This document shows, piece after piece, positions 37,560-47,074 of a stretch of DNA of 57,814 nucleotides. Source of the stretch: Blastocatellia bacterium (GTDB lineage Bacteria; Acidobacteriota; Blastocatellia; RBC074); the NCBI GenBank assembly GCA_044221525.1, contig JBGAPB010000003.1, positions 1-57,814 of the forward strand, in the 5' to 3' direction. A program made the position numbers and the translations under genes. The notes under the pieces are model-generated. The model was given only the letters and a program-made list of their open reading frames with translations. It was not told the DNA's origin and did not search any database. Each line of letters opens with the position of its first letter. Positions within the stretch are counted from its first letter, which is position 1.

Positions 37560-40085
37560 TCAAGCCATTGCCAACTGAGCCAGCTTCAATTGCCAGCCGC
37601 TTTTATCTCTTTCAAACGACGCGCGACGAACTCGGCGCTCCAGCAAAAATCCTGTGCCGTTGATCACGACACGATTAACCGGCGAATGAAAAACCATATC
37701 GAACTTATTCGTGCCCTTCAGACTGATTTCCAGCAAATCCTTGCGAAATTCCATTGAGCAGTGGCTCACAATAGTTGGTGAAACAAAATCCAGATAATCA
37801 CGAATTTCCAACTCCTGGCCAAAAATCAATCCGGCGTGGGCGGCTTTGCCACCCAAAATGCGAAGCCAGGCCAGAGCACCAGCAGCGGTAAGAAATCCGC
37901 TGTTAAGCCGGCTGGCCTGATCACCAATCAAGATTGTGTCTTGTGTGTTTCCAAGTGAAACCTTGAAACCGCCTTCGCCAAGCGGGGAAACGGCTTGGCG
38001 GCTGAAACTAACCGGTCTTTTAGAGCTGGTGGGGACAATCAGTGTCGCAAAGGATTGAACCCCTTTGCCTGAGGCAGAAACCGAGGCCATTGGCGCAACC
38101 TGACACTGGCCATAACAACGCGAAATCCAACCTTGTTTTACTTCAGCAGAAGGTTCCGTCGTTCCAAACGAAGTAAGGACTAAACCGCAGTTATTCGCCG
38201 ACCTTACTTCGACCCGATTTTCTTTGACCGAAGCCCGACAATCCGGCGAAAAGTGATAATTTATTGCATAACTGTGATGTTCGCGCGCATCGAACCTGTC
38301 TCTAACAATCAGGTAAGACGGCATCGGCGATTCCACGCTCGATTTCATCATCAACACTTCGCGCGCGTGCTTCACCGGATCAGCCAGTCGCTGGTAACCG
38401 TTATGTGAGCCTGAGAAATAACCGATATTTTCTGTCGTGATAATTTCACCCAGCTTGCTTTCCGCAACGTGGCTCCACGAAAAAGGCCCTGAAGGAACCG
38501 ACTGCGACTGACCATCAACTTCCGCAGTATTGTGAGCCGCTGTCGAACGAAAGTAATCTCTCCATTCGGCTTTGCCCGTGTAAGTCAATGTCCCGCTATC
38601 GGTTAACCACTGAACGCCACCGGCTGCAAATTCCAATGCCAGTGCATCGGCATGCGCATGACCACATCCCAAACTGCCGTGCGGGCCGCAATCAATCAAC
38701 AAATAACCCGATTCAAACAACCAGCCGTCGCGCATAACAATGTAACCGCTTTCGGAAAATTCCTGAGTAAGTTTGCTCGGCAATTGGGCATTAACTTTGT
38801 CGAACTCCGTCACTCCTGCCGGTCCCAGCAACCACAAAGTTTCGACAGCCGCTTCCCCAGCAATGAATTTCCAATCACTGCGCCCGGCGATTGCTGAGCC
38901 AGTTGCCAGTGTGTCGCGGAAATCATCGCCACGCCGAACCCCTAACATCACCAAACGCCCCCCATCGTCATCGCCTACCAACGAAGATGAACCATTGGGC
39001 CGCGTAATCCACATGAGGTGATCCATCATCTTTGACAAATTCTGTTCTAATTCCGGCGGCAACCCAGAGCGCGACGCACGACCAAGCAACAACAGATGCA
39101 TGTAAAAATCAGCGGTATAACGGTGATAATAACTGGCCTGTTCAAAGTAAACGCCGTCACCGCGAATTTGCGTGTAAAGCTGATCCTGCAAAATCTTCAG
39201 TCCCAGCGAGCGCCAGTGTTCGGAACTTTTCAACTCAGGCAAAGCGACTCCCAGATAAAACAGGCTCAGGGCTTCGCCGGTCAGGTGTGTGTTGGGGCTG
39301 AAGTAAAGCGATAGATATTTTTCGACGTGGTTGCCAAACAGAGTCAGAAATTTCAGAAATCTGAGCGTGAACTCCGGCGTCAATTTTTGGGAGCCTGCAA
39401 ACAGATGCAACGCCCACAACCAAGAAATTGCACGAAAGCCAACCTCCAGACTGCTGGCCCAGTTAATACCGCGGCCGGGCGGATTGGCATCCATCCACGA
39501 CGAAGCCAAGCCAACAAATGCTTCGGCATAAGCTTCGCTGCCAGTCATCCAATAAGCCTGCCCCAGAGTGACAAAGAATTGATGGCGATTGAGTTCCCAG
39601 GTTACTTTTTTGTCGCCCGCCACCGCCGGATTCAGATAATTTACCTTGCTCCAATGCACCAACGGGGTTCGCTTCCCCGTCACCGGCTCAAAATGCCAGT
39701 CAACTGGATTTCCGAAACTCAAGCCGCTGTAACCTAGCAGATCAAACTTTCCGGCAATAACTCTGTCAGCACGCTCAAGAATCGCGTCACGTTGACCGGC
39801 AAAACGCGTCGTCATCAACGCTGTAATTTCTGCCCGATGAGCCAGCGAAGGAAAAAAAGTCTGCACCCCGGAATTCCTGATCCGCTCAGCTATTAAATAG
39901 GCGGTTACTTCAGCCGACGACTGCCGAGCTGATGGCTGTATAGCCCGAAGCCAATCCGCGTCACCCATCCCAGTCCATACTGTCAATTGCTCGCGTATAC
40001 GGGACAATTCCTGACCACCGCGAACGCGAATCTCACGCATGCTTTTGCCGCGCAACTTCCCCAGATTTTTAAGAGATCTAACCAT
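37560..40085 (-). CDS. Heparinase II/III family polysaccharide lyase
   Basis: WELNRHQF, GINW, SPNTHLTGEA, DGVYFEQASYYH, GDDDGG, GHAHADAL, DSGTLTY, YFRSTAAHNT, HNGY. Confidence 0.88.
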   Translation of the reverse strand: MVRSLKNLGKLRGKSMREIRVRGGQELSRIREQLTVWTGMGDADWLRAIQPSARQSSAEVTAYLIAERIRNSGVQTFFPSLAHRAEITALMTTRFAGQRDAILERADRVIAGKFDLLGYSGLSFGNPVDWHFEPVTGKRTPLVHWSKVNYLNPAVAGDKKVTWELNRHQFFVTLGQAYWMTGSEAYAEAFVGLASSWMDANPPGRGINWASSLEVGFRAISWLWALHLFAGSQKLTPEFTLRFLKFLTLFGNHVEKYLSLYFSPNTHLTGEALSLFYLGVALPELKSSEHWRSLGLKILQDQLYTQIRGDGVYFEQASYYHRYTADFYMHLLLLGRASRSGLPPELEQNLSKMMDHLMWITRPNGSSSLVGDDDGGRLVMLGVRRGDDFRDTLATGSAIAGRSDWKFIAGEAAVETLWLLGPAGVTEFDKVNAQLPSKLTQEFSESGYIVMRDGWLFESGYLLIDCGPHGSLGCGHAHADALALEFAAGGVQWLTDSGTLTYTGKAEWRDYFRSTAAHNTAEVDGQSQSVPSGPFSWSHVAESKLGEIITTENIGYFSGSHNGYQRLADPVKHAREVLMMKSSVESPMPSYLIVRDRFDAREHHSYAINYHFSPDCRASVKENRVEVRSANNCGLVLTSFGTTEPSAEVKQGWISRCYGQCQVAPMASVSASGKGVQSFATLIVPTSSKRPVSFSRQAVSPLGEGGFKVSLGNTQDTILIGDQASRLNSGFLTAAGALAWLRILGGKAAHAGLIFGQELEIRDYLDFVSPTIVSHCSMEFRKDLLEISLKGTNKFDMVFHSPVNRVVINGTGFLLERRVRRASFERDKSGWQLKLAQLAMA

Positions 40086-40278
40086 GACTAGCTTCCAATC
40101 ACCGTTCCACTTTCACTTTCCGCCTTGAACGCAAATGCATAAGCGCAGAAGATTTCAGGCAAGCATTTGGAAAATAAACAAACTCCATCTTCTGCCTCTC
40201 AATATCCGTCTTTATGATTTATGTTTTTCTACTTACCGACGAACCTGCGGGGTTAAAGAATTGGTTCAATCGAGGCAA

Positions 40279-40306
40279 CACTTAAACCCAGTACTGGGCT
40301 TAAGTG
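40279..40306. promoter_or_regulatory. 28-bp near-perfect palindrome, candidate operator
   Basis: CACTTAAACCCAGT-ACTGGGCTTAAGTG has 13 of 14 base pairs and no loop; it lies in the ~420-bp gap upstream of the heparinase-like gene. Confidence 0.5.
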
Positions 40307-40508
40307 CAGGTTGGGGATGTTCAATGCTCACCTTGCGTTTGTGTTGGAGCAACTTAAAAAGCAGGTGAGACGATATTCCGGGATCTCCCCCAGCCCCAGG
40401 TCAACCGCCTCACCAATCGCAGCACGTCACCCCCATTTCGACACGCGACGCGCCTGCGAAATTCTTAGCTTTTAACAAGCAATATCTTCGTCCGCTTTTA
40501 TATCAATC

Positions 40509-41708
40509 TTATCTAGCCAAACCATCAGCGCTCTTCGTTTGCCTTCTACCTTCGCGCATAGGCTCCCAAACAACCTGAGTATCTCCACTAATGAAGCGTA
40601 TAACTCCGGCAATTGAGGCAATATTGACCAGCACAAAATAATAAGGAATAGCTAAAAACCCTATCTTCACTTTCAACCGTTCGGCAACCCATCCAGCAGC
40701 AGCCGACAAGTAAAAAGTAGTTTGGAGGACAAAAGCGTAATAATAAAAAGGCGACTGTTCCATTAACAAACAATTGGTCACCAATGCTCCAATCAAAAAT
40801 ACCGAAACCAGGTACCGCATCGCCTTATGGGAAAACATCTGAAAAGCAAACATCCCATGTTGGGAAAAACTGAACACCTGACGATAACTGTTTAAGACGC
40901 GAAGTGTTTGAGAAATAACACGGACTCTCATCCGAAGCTCATCTTGTCCGCGATTGTTAGTGTCTTCGGTTGAGATGGCCTCGGGTTCATAAACTGTCCT
41001 TAATCCCTGCAACTGAATTTCAGTGGCAATCACAAAATCATCAATCATCTGATTGGCCAATCGAACCTGACAAATTCGTCGTACAGCATACAAACACCCG
41101 CTAACACCAATCAGCGAACCAAGCCTGCTCTCACATTTCTTCAAAAACTTTTCGTATCCCCAGTACGAGCGACAACCTTGTCCAACGGCGGTTGATGCGC
41201 GATCAACGTAAACAAGTTGACCAGCCACACAACCGACATCAGGGTCGGCAAAACTACGCACAATCTTTCGCAATGCATCGTGCTCATAAATTGTTGTAGC
41301 ATCGGAAAATACGAGAATCTCGCCAGATGAAATTTTCGCGGCTCGCTGTTGCGCACGTGTCTTTCCGTGGCGCAACTCTTGCCGATGCAAAATTACTCCT
41401 TGTTCGGCGTAACTCCGCACAGTGTCGTCAGTGCCATCGTCAGAACAATCAGACGCTACAATGATCTCAAGCTTATCTTTCGGGTAATCCAGCGAAAGCA
41501 TGTTGTCCAGTTTCGCCGGCAAATCACGCTCTTCGTTATAAGCCGCGATGATTACCGACACGCTAGGCGTAAAATCATCTTTGCGTACCGGACGTGAAAA
41601 TAAACGGCTGAGCATAAATATCAGCACAGGATAACCAAAATAGGTATAAGCTACTAAGCTTAGAGAGAACCAAAAAAAGAATTTTTCAACGACCATAAGA
41701 CACCTCAC
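40509..41708 (-). CDS. Glycosyltransferase family 2 (membrane-anchored)
   Basis: VSVIIAAYNEE, ASDCSDDGT, FSDA, GVSGCLYAVR, IDDF, RMRVR; N- and C-terminal TM helices. Confidence 0.92.
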   Translation of the reverse strand: MRCLMVVEKFFFWFSLSLVAYTYFGYPVLIFMLSRLFSRPVRKDDFTPSVSVIIAAYNEERDLPAKLDNMLSLDYPKDKLEIIVASDCSDDGTDDTVRSYAEQGVILHRQELRHGKTRAQQRAAKISSGEILVFSDATTIYEHDALRKIVRSFADPDVGCVAGQLVYVDRASTAVGQGCRSYWGYEKFLKKCESRLGSLIGVSGCLYAVRRICQVRLANQMIDDFVIATEIQLQGLRTVYEPEAISTEDTNNRGQDELRMRVRVISQTLRVLNSYRQVFSFSQHGMFAFQMFSHKAMRYLVSVFLIGALVTNCLLMEQSPFYYYAFVLQTTFYLSAAAGWVAERLKVKIGFLAIPYYFVLVNIASIAGVIRFISGDTQVVWEPMREGRRQTKSADGLAR

Positions 41709-41768
41709 TTGGGGGGCCGAGCATTCACTCGACTATCCATCCTACTTATTAGCGTTGTTACAATTTCA

Positions 41769-42554
41769 CTACACTCGTCCCAAAACCAGGAATGACAAAA
41801 ACTGTGCAAATCCAAGCGAACTAGTGACCTTGGTCATTTTCTTTTGGAAATTGCCATTTACTATCACAGTATCACCAGCCCTAACCAAAATATTCTCTTC
41901 TGGTCCTGCTTTGCCATCCAGTATTTTCTTAACATTTATCTTTCTCTTTTGCATTACTCCACTGTTGTCGGGACGCAAAAGAACGACATCGCTACGATTT
42001 GCAGTTTCCGTAAAACCGCCAGTCGAGTTGATCGCTTCAAGGATCGTCATTGGTCTTGCGATAACCACAATCGAAGGCGCTTTAACTTCGCCTAACACGC
42101 CTATTTTTGCACTCTGGGCTTCTTCTAAAGAAACACTTACCTTTGGGTTGATAACATATTCGCTGAAATCAATAGTAAGCTTCTTCTCTAATTGCGGAAC
42201 TGTAAATCCGACTGCTTCAATATCTCCAACCAAGGGGTGGTAAATGCGCCCAACCGGCGAGACCTTTATCTTCTGAAACGAATAATCAGGTTGACCAAGT
42301 ACGCGTATTGCAATTTCATCCCCTGGTCCAAGGCGATAAGTGTCGTAAAAAGTTCTATAAATAGTCTTGAAGTATCCATCTTCCGGTTCGGGATTGACTG
42401 CAGCTTTTGCACGCTCGTCAGGCTGTTTCACTTGGGTCTCTGACTGTGACTGGCCGACAACGACAAAGACTCCTAGAAGACACAAAACCGAAACAAACCT
42501 TGGGACAAAAAAAACATCCTTAGATAAGTTATTCGAGCTATTACCAAAAATCAT
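41769..42554 (-). CDS. Polysaccharide biosynthesis/export protein (Wza/OPX family; Poly_export + SLBB)
   Basis: YRLGPGDEIAIRV, VSPVGRIYHPLVGDI, INPKVSV, VLGEVKAP, EAINSTGGF, GDTVIV; C-terminal amphipathic helix. Confidence 0.88.
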   Translation of the reverse strand: MIFGNSSNNLSKDVFFVPRFVSVLCLLGVFVVVGQSQSETQVKQPDERAKAAVNPEPEDGYFKTIYRTFYDTYRLGPGDEIAIRVLGQPDYSFQKIKVSPVGRIYHPLVGDIEAVGFTVPQLEKKLTIDFSEYVINPKVSVSLEEAQSAKIGVLGEVKAPSIVVIARPMTILEAINSTGGFTETANRSDVVLLRPDNSGVMQKRKINVKKILDGKAGPEENILVRAGDTVIVNGNFQKKMTKVTSSLGFAQFLSFLVLGRV

Positions 42555-42617
42555 TTTACTTCCTTAAACTAGTGCCTTCGGTTGTAAACCGGAGACAGCC
42601 TGAATAACTCTGCCCGC

Positions 42618-43493
42618 TCAATTACTCTGGATTCGGTTCAACACGACTCCAAATACATCTTCCTGCGACAGTTGCTCAATTGCTTTTGCCATCTGTGCCG
42701 TTTTGGTTGCTCCTTGTCTAACTACCACCAAAGCAGTGTCAACCAATTTGATCAACATACTGCAATCAGCACGATCCAACAGTGGCGGTGAATCAAATAA
42801 TATGAAGTCGTAATTTGGGTCTAATATCTCAAGCATTTCCTGCAGTGCGGGCGACGTAAGTATCTCAACTGCATTATCAACTCGTTCACGAGTTGGAAGC
42901 ACATGAAACCCCCCAGGTAAAACTTTAGTAATTGCCGCACCGGGCGGTAAGCTGCGCCCATAAGCTTCTGCCAACCCAATTTGTGACTCGATTCCCAGCA
43001 ACCTCGTAACCGAAGGCCTAACAAAGTCAGTATCAACTATCAACACACGCTTACCAGCGCGAGCTATCGCTCCCGCCAGATTGATCAGCACACTCGTCCT
43101 GCCTTCACTTTTCTGCGCTGAAGTTATCAAAACACGTTTAAACAATCGCTCTGATGTTCCAGCAATCAACCTCAAAGCAAGCATGTCATATTGCTCACAA
43201 GCTCCTAGATCATGTTCATTTAGAGTGACTAAGTGCGGAGCAACGTGAAAAAAATTTAGCGATACTTCACGGGCTGGTTGAGCCAAAGCTTCGCGGCGAG
43301 TTCGCAGTCCATTGGGATCCCGCCCTTCCAGCTTTCCAGAGTTGTGAGAAGACATCGCGTAATACTTGAAATCGAATTTATCAAGGGCTTGATTCACAGT
43401 GTTTTCTTCACCCCCTTTCGATTCTTCACGAAATGGTTTAGTGCGGCGGGGTTCACTAATCCTGTTCGTCACAACTTCTAACCTGTTTTCCAT
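42618..43493 (-). CDS. CpsD/CapB-family BY tyrosine kinase-like protein with atypical motifs
   Basis: ITSAQKSEGRTS (Walker A with Arg in place of Lys), LIVDTDFVRPS, ILFDSPPLL, GVVLN; no C-terminal Tyr cluster. Confidence 0.85.
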   Translation of the reverse strand: MENRLEVVTNRISEPRRTKPFREESKGGEENTVNQALDKFDFKYYAMSSHNSGKLEGRDPNGLRTRREALAQPAREVSLNFFHVAPHLVTLNEHDLGACEQYDMLALRLIAGTSERLFKRVLITSAQKSEGRTSVLINLAGAIARAGKRVLIVDTDFVRPSVTRLLGIESQIGLAEAYGRSLPPGAAITKVLPGGFHVLPTRERVDNAVEILTSPALQEMLEILDPNYDFILFDSPPLLDRADCSMLIKLVDTALVVVRQGATKTAQMAKAIEQLSQEDVFGVVLNRIQSN

Positions 43494-43525
43494 TTTCTAA
43501 CTCCTGCCTACCATTAACTTGCATT

Positions 43526-45118
43526 TTATTTTGCAATTATCTGGAAGACTTGAAACTTCTTTAAGAGAATGGCCAACACCGGCACCAGCATGGCCGCTAG
43601 CAGTAAAACACCCAATGCGCGTACTAAAATAAGTTTTCGATTATGCCTGCTTTCTGACGGAGTAAGTGTTTCCGGAATTAACCCGATAACCGGCGCCCCA
43701 AGTAGGTACTCTACGTCACGTTCATCCTGTATCATCATTAACCTTGGAGCTTCAACAACAAAAGCTGCCATAAGCCCAACAAATATGGCCATTACACAAG
43801 CCACAAGCATCAACTTTAGGCGATTGGGTGAAACCGGAGATGATGGCATAGCAGCTTTGTCTACTACCTGAAATAAACCGGATTTTGCATCAGTTCTGGC
43901 AGCTCCTAAACGACGTAACGAATCACGTTTTTCCATCAGAGAACCGTATCGGTTAAATAACAAACTATATTCGTCTGCGCCGTCAGCTTCTTTTGAACCG
44001 TCATTAGGTAGCAAATTACTACCTGTTCCTCCAGAAGCAATTTCGGCTGGAGAAACATTGATATCAGATGGTAATAAAGCCAAAGCCTGTCGTTTTCTTT
44101 CCAATTCACGCTTAGTGAGCTCTAGTTCGGTGTCTAATATGACGAGCTGGCGCCTAAAATCACGCAACTCGCGTATTTCAGGATATGCTGCGCTTAAGTC
44201 AGCCTGCCCTCCAGTATTCTCTAGCTGAGCTAACTGGCGGTTAAATTCGGCAATCTGCGCCTGTGTCTGAATAACTTTTGAATTTTTGTCAGTATATTGT
44301 GATTTCTGCTCTTTTAGCTGCGCTTCAAGCATAACCTTCTGCGAGAGCAAAACTCCATATGCACTACTACCTCGCGCAGAATCATTGGAGCTTAGCGGTG
44401 TAGCCTTGACAAGTTTTTCCTGCTCACTAATCTGCCGCTGCTGATCTGCAATACGTTTATTTAAACTCAGCTCTTTGTCGCCCAAAGTTTCTATTGCGGA
44501 CATCAACGATGCTTTCTGACTCCGAAGCACACTCAAGCTCCTTGCAGACAACGCACCAGAGGTCCTCTGCTGGCTGATTTGCTTTAACCGCCCTTCGACT
44601 TCATTAATGTCTGAATCCAGACTGCTAATCTCGTTTGCGCTTCGCTTCTCCAGCATCTCATTTGTATCGCTGAAGTAAGAAACCAAATCATTTGTCACCT
44701 GCATTGCCAACGCAGGGTCGTTATTTTTATATGTTATCGTGAACGATGTTGGAAACTGAGGGTAATATTCACGCAGTTTAGTTACTATATTCAAATCTCG
44801 GCGCAGCATGCCTATAGCCGTTTCCATATCCGTCTTATCACCATAAAGCTTATACCGCTTGATTATGGGTTCAAGATTTGCGCGACTCTGCATATATTGA
44901 TTCACTGCAGCAAGTTGGACATCTATAGCACTTTTCTCATCGCTGGATTGAACCGATATTGCAACCAACGCGCTCGATTCATATACGTTACGGACCGGTG
45001 ACATGGCGTTATATGCCGCGAGCATTACTGCTGTCGAAAATAAGATGATTAGTAGCTTACGCCGCCACAACATCTGCAAGTATTCAATTATAGTTCGCGG
45101 CCTAAGACTACCCATCAC
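43526..45118 (-). CDS. Polysaccharide chain-length determinant (Wzz/GumC/Wzc N-terminal-like)
   Basis: LWRRKLLI + TM, YESSALV, long coiled coil, FQVVDKAAMPSSPVSPNR + TM, LGAPVIGLIP. Confidence 0.88.
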   Translation of the reverse strand: MMGSLRPRTIIEYLQMLWRRKLLIILFSTAVMLAAYNAMSPVRNVYESSALVAISVQSSDEKSAIDVQLAAVNQYMQSRANLEPIIKRYKLYGDKTDMETAIGMLRRDLNIVTKLREYYPQFPTSFTITYKNNDPALAMQVTNDLVSYFSDTNEMLEKRSANEISSLDSDINEVEGRLKQISQQRTSGALSARSLSVLRSQKASLMSAIETLGDKELSLNKRIADQQRQISEQEKLVKATPLSSNDSARGSSAYGVLLSQKVMLEAQLKEQKSQYTDKNSKVIQTQAQIAEFNRQLAQLENTGGQADLSAAYPEIRELRDFRRQLVILDTELELTKRELERKRQALALLPSDINVSPAEIASGGTGSNLLPNDGSKEADGADEYSLLFNRYGSLMEKRDSLRRLGAARTDAKSGLFQVVDKAAMPSSPVSPNRLKLMLVACVMAIFVGLMAAFVVEAPRLMMIQDERDVEYLLGAPVIGLIPETLTPSESRHNRKLILVRALGVLLLAAMLVPVLAILLKKFQVFQIIAK

Positions 45119-45165
45119 AACCTCTTAAATTCAAAATACAAATTACTCTTACTCAAGTCACTTAA

Positions 45166-45318
45166 TCAGTAGGGTCTTTCCTTTCTTTTCATCCATTGCC
45201 TTGCTCCCTGTACGGCAACGAGTAATAAAGACCCCAGAACCATCATCAGCACCGGCCCAGACAAATAAGTGATTCGCGCTGCATTAATCAATATATTAGT
45301 GATAATCTCCAACAACAT
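45166..45318 (-). CDS. Putative 50-aa membrane peptide resembling a stand-alone PEP-CTERM-type sorting tail
   Basis: Hand translation MLLEIITNILINAARITYLSGPVLMMVLGSLLLVAVQGARQWMKRKERPY (below the ORF-track length cut-off): Pro, then a hydrophobic stretch with LG, then a basic tail. Fills the gap before the wzz-like gene; no clear RBS. Confidence 0.45.
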   Translation of the reverse strand: MLLEIITNILINAARITYLSGPVLMMVLGSLLLVAVQGARQWMKRKERPY

Positions 45319-45375
45319 AATTATTAACTAGAAAGAAGCTTAGCTACCTATGCGACTCAGATGAAATGTATTATC

Positions 45376-46092
45376 TCATTCACCGCCAACAGAAGGTTGC
45401 TCTGCTAATCCATGTTGATAAGCATAGAGGGCTAATTCAAAACGATTTTTTAAATTGAGTTTGTCGTAAATGGATGTAAGGTGGTGCCGTACAGTGGCTT
45501 CGCAAACAAATAACCTACTAGCGATCTGTTTGTTTTGCAGCCGTTCGCCGATCAACACAACGACTTCTCGCTCTCGTTCCGTTAGTTTTGTGATATTTCG
45601 ACTGCTTGGCTGAGAATGAATTCCTTCACCCGATCTCATTTTTTCTTGCCACATCTCCCGTAATAATCGGGCCATTGTCACACTTTCGATCCAAGCTTCT
45701 CCGGCTTTAACTTTTTCAATTGCTTTAGTCAAAACCTCAGGCGAATCGGTTTTGAAGACTAAGCCCATAGCCCCAAGGCCAAAGGCTCTATAATGAGCTT
45801 CTGGATTCCATTCTCCAGTAAAAACTAGTACTCGCCCGCCATCCGCAACAGCAATCAGATCAGGTATTGTGTCAATGCTACAATCTCCGCCATGTTCATG
45901 GTCTAGCAAAATTATATCAGGACGGCACCGTTCAATAGCTGTTATAGCTTGAGAGTAGTTTGAAGCCTCTCCTACCACTTCTACTTCCGGCTTACTTTCA
46001 ATTAATAAACGTAAACCGAACCTGACACATTCTTGATTCTGAATCAGTAATACTCGCACGGGCTTCAGACTGGGGGATAACTCTGTTTTCAA
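45376..46092 (-). CDS. NarL/LuxR-family response regulator with atypical receiver acidic pocket
   Basis: TTG start after AAGGAGG. REC with LLIQNQE...ILLD...VFT...VFK; HTH LTEREREVVVLIGERLQNKQIASRLFVCEATVRHH. Confidence 0.88.
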   Translation of the reverse strand: MKTELSPSLKPVRVLLIQNQECVRFGLRLLIESKPEVEVVGEASNYSQAITAIERCRPDIILLDHEHGGDCSIDTIPDLIAVADGGRVLVFTGEWNPEAHYRAFGLGAMGLVFKTDSPEVLTKAIEKVKAGEAWIESVTMARLLREMWQEKMRSGEGIHSQPSSRNITKLTEREREVVVLIGERLQNKQIASRLFVCEATVRHHLTSIYDKLNLKNRFELALYAYQHGLAEQPSVGGE

Positions 46093-46411
46093 GACTCGCC
46101 TCCTTGCTTAATGATAAATAACAGACAAAATTCACCTGTGTTTCAGAGTAGAAAAGTTACGGCCAACTCTTCATTATCTTATGCTGTGGGGCACTTTTCA
46201 GGACAACTTGGGGACGTTTGAATAGATCGTTCAATAAATACTAGTAGGACTGATTATTATTAAAACACTCTAGAGCCTTACTTAACACCTACCTGCCAAT
46301 TCTTACTTTTCATCAACTTGCCTTCCTGAAAGAAAAACAAAGAGACATGGGTAGATAATCTCACCCTGAGTGGAACTTCTCTACGGCTTAAATCTAATTG
46401 ACTCCTAACAG

Positions 46412-47071
46412 TCATATGCCTTGAAGCCATCCTTGGTTAAGGGCATAACGCACCAACTCGGCTCGGCTATTCAAGCCTAACTTCTCAATTAATCTGGCTT
46501 TATAAGTTTCAATGGTCTTTGCACTTAAGTCTAGTTGACCTGCAATTTCTTTGTTGCTATATCCCAAGGCAATCAACTTTAAGACCTCTTTCTCACGATC
46601 ACTTAGCCTGCTTCCTGGAATTTCATCCTTTACTTTAGCCGCAGGATTATTAACCAAAGTGGTAACAATTTTCCCAGCCAGTGTCGGATCTAAATAAGCT
46701 CCACCAGAAGCTACAACTCGGATCGCATGCGCCAGCTCTTCACCAGCAGTCTTTTTGAGCAAATATCCTGCAGCGCCAGTTTGAAACAATTGACGCAAGT
46801 AACCGCTAGCTTCATGTACTGTCAGAATCAAAACTTTAGTTCGAGGGCAGAGTTGCTTTATACGTTCCATAACTTGTATTCCGTTCAAATCTGGCAACGT
46901 AATATCAAGAATCATAACATCTGGTTCAAGGTCTTTTGCCTGCAATAAGGCATTTCGCCCATCTCCGGCCTCGCCTATTACCTCCATATCTACTTGCTCG
47001 GCGACCAGTGCTCTTAATCCCTTTCGAACAATTGGGTGATCATCAACTAGAAAGATTCCCAACTTTGACAT
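46412..47071 (-). CDS. NarL/NreC-family response regulator
   Basis: LVDDHPIVRKG, ILDITLPDLNG, ILT, GYLLK; HTH LSDREKEVLKLIALGYSNKEIAGQLDLSAKTIETYK. Confidence 0.93.
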   Translation of the reverse strand: MSKLGIFLVDDHPIVRKGLRALVAEQVDMEVIGEAGDGRNALLQAKDLEPDVMILDITLPDLNGIQVMERIKQLCPRTKVLILTVHEASGYLRQLFQTGAAGYLLKKTAGEELAHAIRVVASGGAYLDPTLAGKIVTTLVNNPAAKVKDEIPGSRLSDREKEVLKLIALGYSNKEIAGQLDLSAKTIETYKARLIEKLGLNSRAELVRYALNQGWLQGI

Positions 47072-47074
47072 AAT

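Noticed and set aside
40395-40412. GGCGGTTGACCTG on the minus strand as an ops/JUMPstart element
   Set aside because: Only a partial match to GGCGGTAG, no JUMPstart context, and no NusG paralog in the window.
13158-45118. Canonical alginate operon
   Set aside because: Despite the algD-like gene there is no alg8, alg44, algK, algE or algX/I/J/F; the export genes are Wzx/Wzy/Wza type.
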